64,000 nucleotides of DNA from a bacterium (GTDB lineage Bacteria > Patescibacteriota > Patescibacteriia > UBA9570), in the NCBI GenBank assembly GCA_030698395.1, contig JAUYKW010000025.1, forward strand, positions 68,179-132,178. Reading direction: 5' to 3'. Under the pieces are notes generated by a model, which worked only from the letters and a program-made list of their open reading frames with translations, ran no database searches and was not told the origin of the DNA. Shown here piece after piece: positions 58,317-64,000 of the stretch. The position numbers and the translations under genes were made by a program. Within the stretch, counting starts at the first letter, position 1. Each line of letters starts with the position of its first letter.

Positions 58317-58734
58317 GGGACGAAACATTTTTTTAATTCTAGGTACTATAGTGCTTTTATTTGCATTTTCTATACCGGCTAATGCTCAACCCAGAAAGAC
58401 ACTTAATGAGTATGACCAAGTCATACAAAATGAAACTCAGTTAGGGGGAATTGAGGTAAGTGAAGCGGGAGCGCTTAATTCTGCAGTAGTATTAGGTGGC
58501 CCACTTGATATGGCATCACAAATAATTAATTTATTACTTGGTTTGTTAGGAACAATAAGTGTTATTTTTATGTTTTATGCGGGATGGTTATGGATGATTG
58601 CTCGTGGTAATCAGGACCAAGTAAAAAAAGCCAAAGATATTCTAACCGGAACCGTCATTGGATTGTTTTTTATTCTAGCGTCTTATACGCTATTAAACTT
58701 TGTATTTAGAAGCTTGGTTACGATAACTAACTAA
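58303..58734 (+). CDS. VirB2/TrbC-pilin-like small secreted membrane protein, paralog 8
   Basis: Signal ...SIPANA; FYAGWLWMIARGNQDQVKKAKDILTGTVIGLFFILASYT. Confidence 0.55.
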   Translation: MELLKGRNIFLILGTIVLLFAFSIPANAQPRKTLNEYDQVIQNETQLGGIEVSEAGALNSAVVLGGPLDMASQIINLLLGLLGTISVIFMFYAGWLWMIARGNQDQVKKAKDILTGTVIGLFFILASYTLLNFVFRSLVTITN

Positions 58735-58741
58735 TCTTGCC

Positions 58742-59092
58742 TTATCCAGTAGCAGCAGATTGAAATACAGCAAAGGTGTATTGTAAGATTGCGTAACTAC
58801 TTAAAATTATAGCCAAACCAATGGCTGCCCACAATAATGTGCTACGGCCTTTTTTGATTTTCTCTTCGTTTCCACCAGAAAACAATACTTTAAAACCACC
58901 CCAAATGAACATTAACAAGGTAGCTGCACCTACAATACCTAATAATGCTTGAATAATTGCTCCAATAATAAGAATTGGTTCTGCATCTTCGGCACCGGCA
59001 AATGGTGGAGCGAGACTTTCGGTGGCGGCCGCTATGCTAGGGAGGCTTAGAAAAAGAGCTGTGGCGGCAACTGTTTTGATTTTAGTAAACAT
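58742..59092 (-). CDS. VirB2/TrbC-pilin-like small secreted membrane protein, paralog 9
   Basis: Start set at MFTKIKTVAATALFLSLPSIAAA; IWGGFKVLFSGGNEEKIKKGRSTLLWAAIGLAIILSSYA. Confidence 0.5.
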   Translation of the reverse strand: MFTKIKTVAATALFLSLPSIAAATESLAPPFAGAEDAEPILIIGAIIQALLGIVGAATLLMFIWGGFKVLFSGGNEEKIKKGRSTLLWAAIGLAIILSSYAILQYTFAVFQSAATG

Positions 59093-59112
59093 AGAGTAGT
59101 AACTAATAATAT

Positions 59113-59970
59113 TTAATATTTTACAACGCATGTTTTGCCAGTTTCTGTACAACTGTAATCTAGTTTCAAATAGAGAGATTCATTTGCTTTATAAGCCGAT
59201 GTAGCAACACACTCTGCTTTACGCCCTTCAAGGCTAGATATGTTTAGATTGTTTATTAGAGTACAATCACTAGAGCAATAGCATTGTTTTTTATCCATTC
59301 CAGCATCACTTTCAGCAGTAGCTAGATCCGGTGCGTCTGTTGTGCATTTATTATCATCACCTTCAGGATTTAGTTTACGGTAACAAATACAATTAGATCC
59401 TTTTTCTTTGCAATCACCAACGCCACCACAATAGTTACCAGCTGGCTGGCCAGCACAAGATTTACCAACTGGTAAACAGGCTGGAGGTTCCCACCAGGCT
59501 GAATCAAAGATTGTTGCTTTATTGCTTCCTTGTTCACCACTAAATATATTGCCTGATTCGGCAGTACTGTAATAAGCAGTGCGGACAATGAAGTTTACGG
59601 CAAACCAAGCGAAAAATACGATAGCTAACCCAGTAACAGTTCCTATTAGGATCTTTTTTCCAGTTTCAACTCGCTGTTCATTTCCAGAGGAAAATATTAA
59701 GAAGAACCCACCAACAATAAACATGATCAATGAGAGCGAGCTAACGGAAGCTGCTATTAAATTAGCTGCATTGGTAAATATTAAAGTGACGTCACAGATA
59801 TTACAACCAATAGAACTTTGCCAACATTTTGATGGCACTATAGAAATACCAAAACCAGCAGTGGCAGGGTCTTCTGCTTGAGTAGCAAATGGAATTGCTA
59901 AGAACGCCAGTAATAAAACAGCCGTTTTTATGCTACGGACAATATTGTTGCGGAGGCTATTATTAATCAT
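59113..59970 (-). CDS. pilin-like family paralog 10 with about 130-aa Cys-rich C-terminal extension
   Basis: First about 150 aa have family core (IVGGFFLIFSSGNEQRVETGKKILIGTVTGLAIVFFAWF); C-terminal region has 13 Cys in CxxC/CxC-like spacing (NCICYRK, QCYCSSDC). Confidence 0.55.
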   Translation of the reverse strand: MINNSLRNNIVRSIKTAVLLLAFLAIPFATQAEDPATAGFGISIVPSKCWQSSIGCNICDVTLIFTNAANLIAASVSSLSLIMFIVGGFFLIFSSGNEQRVETGKKILIGTVTGLAIVFFAWFAVNFIVRTAYYSTAESGNIFSGEQGSNKATIFDSAWWEPPACLPVGKSCAGQPAGNYCGGVGDCKEKGSNCICYRKLNPEGDDNKCTTDAPDLATAESDAGMDKKQCYCSSDCTLINNLNISSLEGRKAECVATSAYKANESLYLKLDYSCTETGKTCVVKY

Positions 59971-61342
59971 AAGTAAGTGCTACTTTACTAGCGGTATTTT
60001 TTACAGCAGTGTTTACATCTAATCGTCCTTCATTGATGATTGTTATCATGTCGGCAAACTGATCTTCAACTTCTTTTGGTTGTGATCCTGCATACCAGCT
60101 TTGAGCAGTTAGGGATTGATCGGCGAATACAGAAAGTACGTAATCTTCTTTTTGTTCCTCTAAAAGAGTTTTGAGAGCAGATGGTTTTTTAGTGGCAGTA
60201 AGGTATTTTTTAACTTTTGCATTTTCAGTAGTTATAGCCTCTATTAATGCCCAGGCCTCATCAGTTACTTTACTATTAATTGATACGGTTTCTAGCCAGT
60301 AATTAGCGTAGTTAATATTGTTGTTAATATTAACTTGTGGCATAGGTGCTAAATCAAAATTTAAATTTGGAGCACGATTGTTTATTTGTTTTAGATCGTA
60401 GTGATAGCCAAAGTAGAAAGCTGTATCGCCATCAATGAAGGATTCCAGTGCATCTGATTGGTCAGCATTCCAGCTGTACCATTCAACATCTGGATTAGCA
60501 AAACTGGTATAAAATTCTACTGCTTGGTTACCAGGATTGTATCCGCGTCTTTCTTTTAGATCTGTTTGAAAAGTAACATTGGAGCCACTAGTCATAACAG
60601 CACCATTTTGCAACATTAACAGTGATATGATGTCAAAAGAGCGAGGAATGTTGTTGCTAGTTCCTAATGCAGCTCCAGACTGGATGATGTTATTATCAAT
60701 ATCAACTAAGGTTAGCCGGGGAACTTGTTCGACAAACTGATCCCATGTTTCTGGTGGGAGGGCAATTTTTGCTTGGCTTAGCATGTCTTTGTTGTAGTAT
60801 AAGACCATTGTGTCCATAGAAAGAGGAAGCGCAAATATCTTTTCTGTTGCCTTATCTTTGCTAGTTGCTTTGTGCACCATGACTACGTCATCTGAGACAA
60901 CTTGTGGGAATGAACTGCCTAGTTGTTGAACGGAAATAGTGCTGAGGGTTTGGGGAGTTACTACTAATTCTTTTTGGCCTAGACTTTCTTTTGTTTCAAC
61001 TGATGTTATTGCAATAGTAGCAGGCATTGGTTCAATGAGATCTTCAAATTTACCAAGATGAGAGTTTGGTATTGAAAAAATATCTGGACCTTCACCTTGA
61101 GCCCAAGCAGAAATTAATTCGTCTTCATAGTTTTGGATGTTTAGCTGTCTGTATTCTACTTGAATATACGGATATTTTACGGCAAATGCATCAAAGGCAC
61201 CTCTAAGATCTGCATCGCTATTTACAACAGACCAATATTTTAAAACAATGGTACTGGGAGAGGTATCTTTACTTTTGCATATGGCTCCACTAAAAATTAA
61301 TAGTGAAAGCAATAGTCCAACGCCAAAAATACTTTTTTTCAT
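59963..61342 (-). CDS. extracellular solute-binding protein (ABC transporter family 1, sugar-type), lipoprotein-like signal
   Basis: N-terminal signal/Cys (LLIFSGAIC), about 440-aa SBP_bac_1-like layout; no permease/ATPase partner in window. Confidence 0.65.
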   Translation of the reverse strand: MKKSIFGVGLLLSLLIFSGAICKSKDTSPSTIVLKYWSVVNSDADLRGAFDAFAVKYPYIQVEYRQLNIQNYEDELISAWAQGEGPDIFSIPNSHLGKFEDLIEPMPATIAITSVETKESLGQKELVVTPQTLSTISVQQLGSSFPQVVSDDVVMVHKATSKDKATEKIFALPLSMDTMVLYYNKDMLSQAKIALPPETWDQFVEQVPRLTLVDIDNNIIQSGAALGTSNNIPRSFDIISLLMLQNGAVMTSGSNVTFQTDLKERRGYNPGNQAVEFYTSFANPDVEWYSWNADQSDALESFIDGDTAFYFGYHYDLKQINNRAPNLNFDLAPMPQVNINNNINYANYWLETVSINSKVTDEAWALIEAITTENAKVKKYLTATKKPSALKTLLEEQKEDYVLSVFADQSLTAQSWYAGSQPKEVEDQFADMITIINEGRLDVNTAVKNTASKVALTYD

Positions 61343-61401
61343 GCAAAAATTATACCACTTTTTTAAAGATAATACAATTTTATTTTACCCTAGCTTATTA
61401 T

Positions 61402-62637
61402 CTAAGTGATGTTGTATACAGACTGTAAGAGGTTGGAAAATTGAGATGATATTTCCTGATTAAATGAAGGATCTTGATAGATTAGTAAATCAACGTATCG
61501 TTTTACAGGCCAGAAGCGAGTTTGTCTAGGGATATTGATGTATTTAGATGGAAGATGAACATCACAAGCAAAGTGTTCTAGTTGAAATACATTATCTTTA
61601 TCAATGGTTTTTTCAGCTAAAATTAACGGTAGGTCATCATCAAAATTCATCAAGTCTTTCAGTGTAAACCAAAAAGAGTTGGTGTTGAACCATTTTATCG
61701 AGTCTTGATCGAAATTTGGCGGAAATTTCATTTGCTCTACAATAATAAGTTCTTCATCAACGAAACATGGAGCTCCACCTTGATCGCCGAGTTCTTTAGT
61801 TGCCAATTCCACAGTACGGCCATATTTGTGGTTTACATGGTAGCCTAATAAAGCAGGATCAATAGTTGCGCCAAGATTATCAATGTTTGCAAAAAATAGA
61901 TATTTTACATTTGGAATGTGTGCAGAACGTAAATAATCTTGTAGTAAGTAAATAAAATCTCCATGACCACATGGTGCAAATGATAAGGATCCATCAGTTG
62001 TAACAAATAAATCAATATTTTTTAGGTTATCAACTTTTGTAAATCTGGGCATTGTTGGTTGTTGGACAACAAAATGAAATCTTTCTGGGTCTAGATCTGG
62101 ATATTTCTTATATAGAGCATTTAAATGCTTTCTAGTTTGTTCATCTGTAATGAAGCTATTCATTATCACAACTTGGGGATGAACATCTAGTTTTGATTGT
62201 TTGGTAATTTCTAGTAGATTACGAATTTTTAATTCTAAATAACTCATGTCATCAATTACTGGTGCTACTCCCTTTGGCAGATTAGTAATTTCTGGAGTAA
62301 TTTTATTCAGTGCAGTTTGATAGCGAATTTGTTCTTCTGGAGTTACTTTAGATTCATCAAAATATCGCGTGGCTGCGCCTCCGTTTAACCAAAAAACTAA
62401 GAGTTCATCATCTTTGAGAGCGTCATTTCCCGCGTTGATCATCTTTTGAGTGTCTAGATTAGAATACTCATTGATATCGGAATTGGTTGGTGGTCTTAAA
62501 CGGTTTTTATCTATCACAAAAGAGCTGTGATCTAATTCTCCAGACTGTAATTTCACATGCAGTGATTTAATATGATCTGGATCGATACCTTGAACTTTTA
62601 GTTTGTTACGAATTTCATCGCGGTCTATGTGTAACAT
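61402..62637 (-). CDS. UDPGP-family UTP--sugar-1-phosphate uridylyltransferase (eukaryotic/archaeal-type UGPase/UAP-like)
   Basis: Pyrophosphorylase loop VFWLNGGAATRYF (compare L-N-G-G-L-G-T), nucleotide-binding core, about 410 aa. Confidence 0.65.
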   Translation of the reverse strand: MLHIDRDEIRNKLKVQGIDPDHIKSLHVKLQSGELDHSSFVIDKNRLRPPTNSDINEYSNLDTQKMINAGNDALKDDELLVFWLNGGAATRYFDESKVTPEEQIRYQTALNKITPEITNLPKGVAPVIDDMSYLELKIRNLLEITKQSKLDVHPQVVIMNSFITDEQTRKHLNALYKKYPDLDPERFHFVVQQPTMPRFTKVDNLKNIDLFVTTDGSLSFAPCGHGDFIYLLQDYLRSAHIPNVKYLFFANIDNLGATIDPALLGYHVNHKYGRTVELATKELGDQGGAPCFVDEELIIVEQMKFPPNFDQDSIKWFNTNSFWFTLKDLMNFDDDLPLILAEKTIDKDNVFQLEHFACDVHLPSKYINIPRQTRFWPVKRYVDLLIYQDPSFNQEISSQFSNLLQSVYNIT

Positions 62638-62730
62638 ATCTAGAGTAATATAGCATTTATAGGGTCAAATTTCAAGGGGTTTGTTAAGAAATGTTTAATG
62701 TGAAAACTAATCTTGTGTTATGATACGGGT

Positions 62731-63510
62731 ATGCATAATATAAAAGAAATAGCGCAATTTACCCAGCAGTTAGCAACGGAAGCTGGTGAGTTGTTGTTAA
62801 AGGCATATCAAGAACAGAGTGGTGCAAACAATGCAAAACGCACTTCACCAAAAGAAATGAAATTAGTAGAAGATGCCACCATAGATGAGTGGTTGGTGCA
62901 GAAAATTCTTGAAACATATCCGACTCATTCAATTTTAGCAGAAGAAAGTGGGGAACATAAAAAAGGAACGGATGTTTTATGGATAATTGATCCGATTGAT
63001 GGGAGTGTTAATTTTAGTGTCCAGAATCCATTTGTTGCAATATCTTTAGCTGTGGTTATCAATGGAGAACTAACTATTGGTGTAATTGAAGCACCAGTAC
63101 TGCAAGAACAATTTATTGCCGTGAAGGGCAAAGGAGCGAAACTCAATAAAAAAGAAATTCATGTGTCACAAACAAAAAAGTTGAGCGATGCTTATCTGGT
63201 TAGTTGTGAAGGAGGCGCAAAAGACAGAACTGCAGTATTGGAGAGAATTATCGTGAATTATTTTGATCAGGTTAAAGATGTGCGCAAGTTGGGATCGGCA
63301 GCTTTGGAATGTGCATGGGTAGCAAGTGGGAGAGCTGATGCGTACGTTACAATTGAGATTGATCCGTGGGATGTAGCTGCTGGCATTTTAATAGTACAAG
63401 AAGCTGGTGGTAAAGTTACTACATTTGATAATGAAGCTTGGGAACCAAAAAGAGCAGACATAATCTGCTCTAATGGATTATTACATGATGAGTTGATGAG
63501 TCTTTTATAG
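62731..63510 (+). CDS. inositol monophosphatase family protein, paralog 2
   Basis: WIIDPIDGSVNF, EESG, WDVAAG motifs; listed ORF starts 18 nt earlier (62713). Confidence 0.8.
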   Translation: MHNIKEIAQFTQQLATEAGELLLKAYQEQSGANNAKRTSPKEMKLVEDATIDEWLVQKILETYPTHSILAEESGEHKKGTDVLWIIDPIDGSVNFSVQNPFVAISLAVVINGELTIGVIEAPVLQEQFIAVKGKGAKLNKKEIHVSQTKKLSDAYLVSCEGGAKDRTAVLERIIVNYFDQVKDVRKLGSAALECAWVASGRADAYVTIEIDPWDVAAGILIVQEAGGKVTTFDNEAWEPKRADIICSNGLLHDELMSLL

Positions 63511-63549
63511 ACTACTTGTACTAGCAGGACGAAAGGGTATACTTAATAT

Positions 63550-63819
63550 ATGGAAGATCGACTCCTAAAAATGGAACGAGATTTGGCTGATATTAAGCAA
63601 AGAAATAGCAGAGTTGAAGCCGACAAAGCTTGGGAAACAAGCCTGGCTAGATCTGTAATTATCGCTATTATTACTTATCTGGTTATTGTTACGTTTTTTT
63701 GGTTTGCTGACATTTCTCGTCCCTTAATAAATGCTATTGTGCCGGCTTTGGCTTTCTTGTTATCAACTTTAACTTTGTCATTTGGTAAGAAATATTGGAT
63801 TAAAAATCATAATAAATAA
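63550..63819 (+). CDS. hypothetical two-TM small membrane protein
   Basis: Coiled N-terminus then two hydrophobic helices (VIIAIITYLVIVTFFWF, AIVPALAFLLSTLTL). Confidence 0.35.
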   Translation: MEDRLLKMERDLADIKQRNSRVEADKAWETSLARSVIIAIITYLVIVTFFWFADISRPLINAIVPALAFLLSTLTLSFGKKYWIKNHNK

Positions 63820-63838
63820 TCATTTAATAAAAAAATTA

Positions 63839-64000
63839 TGTCTGGCAGTATAAATGATAACTCAAGCGAAGGTGAGAAAGTAGGCGAAGAAATTTGTTGT
63901 CCACGATTTAATCCAGAGCCATGGGACGAAAAAGAAATTCAATGGGAGAATAAACTATTTGTAAAAGATGTTGTAAAAAGCATTCTTCATATCCCTTTGA
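63839..64000 (+). CDS. hypothetical protein, 3' partial at window edge
   Basis: ORF MSGSINDNSSEGEKVGEEICCPRFNPEPWDEKEIQWENKLFVKD... open to window end; CC-P-x-F-x-PE-W-D motif looks like a conserved small-domain N-terminus I cannot name. Confidence 0.3.

Overview
The window is AT-rich (about 35% GC) and gene-dense, and uses the standard genetic code. Gene content and composition resemble an ultra-small uncultivated bacterium such as CPR/Patescibacteria (inference only). It carries the replication-origin neighbourhood (rpmH-rnpA-yidD-yidC divergent from dnaA-dnaN plus a DUF721/DciA-like gene). Housekeeping genes include tig, hppA, nusA, rnhB, gdhA, trxA, infB, rbfA, clpP, rny, hupA-like, pilT, tsaE, tyrS, ruvC, yebC, ldh and nfo, plus five tRNAs. 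Five things stand out. (1) A roughly 2 kb island of about 65% GC (13841..15873) encodes an intact-looking class I PLP aminotransferase. It sits between convergent native genes and has no mobility genes. (2) A tandem array of ten paralogous small proteins (55040..59970) has signal peptides, hypervariable N-terminal parts and a conserved VirB2/TrbC-pilin-like two-helix C-terminus. It lies directly after two tandem GT-C-like membrane glycosyltransferase paralogs and near sugar-nucleotide genes. (3) A three-gene module combines a RimK-like ATP-grasp ligase fused to a retropepsin-like domain, a standalone retropepsin-like protein and a PKD+7TM protein. (4) A TrxB-like flavoprotein lacking the CxxC redox motif is fused in operon with trxA. 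(5) An 18-nt palindrome (TTGTTCYACGTRGAACAT) occurs three times, each immediately 3' of a tRNA-Ala, a small cyclophilin-like gene and a tRNA-Arg. No CRISPR array, rRNA, transposase or integrase was seen.
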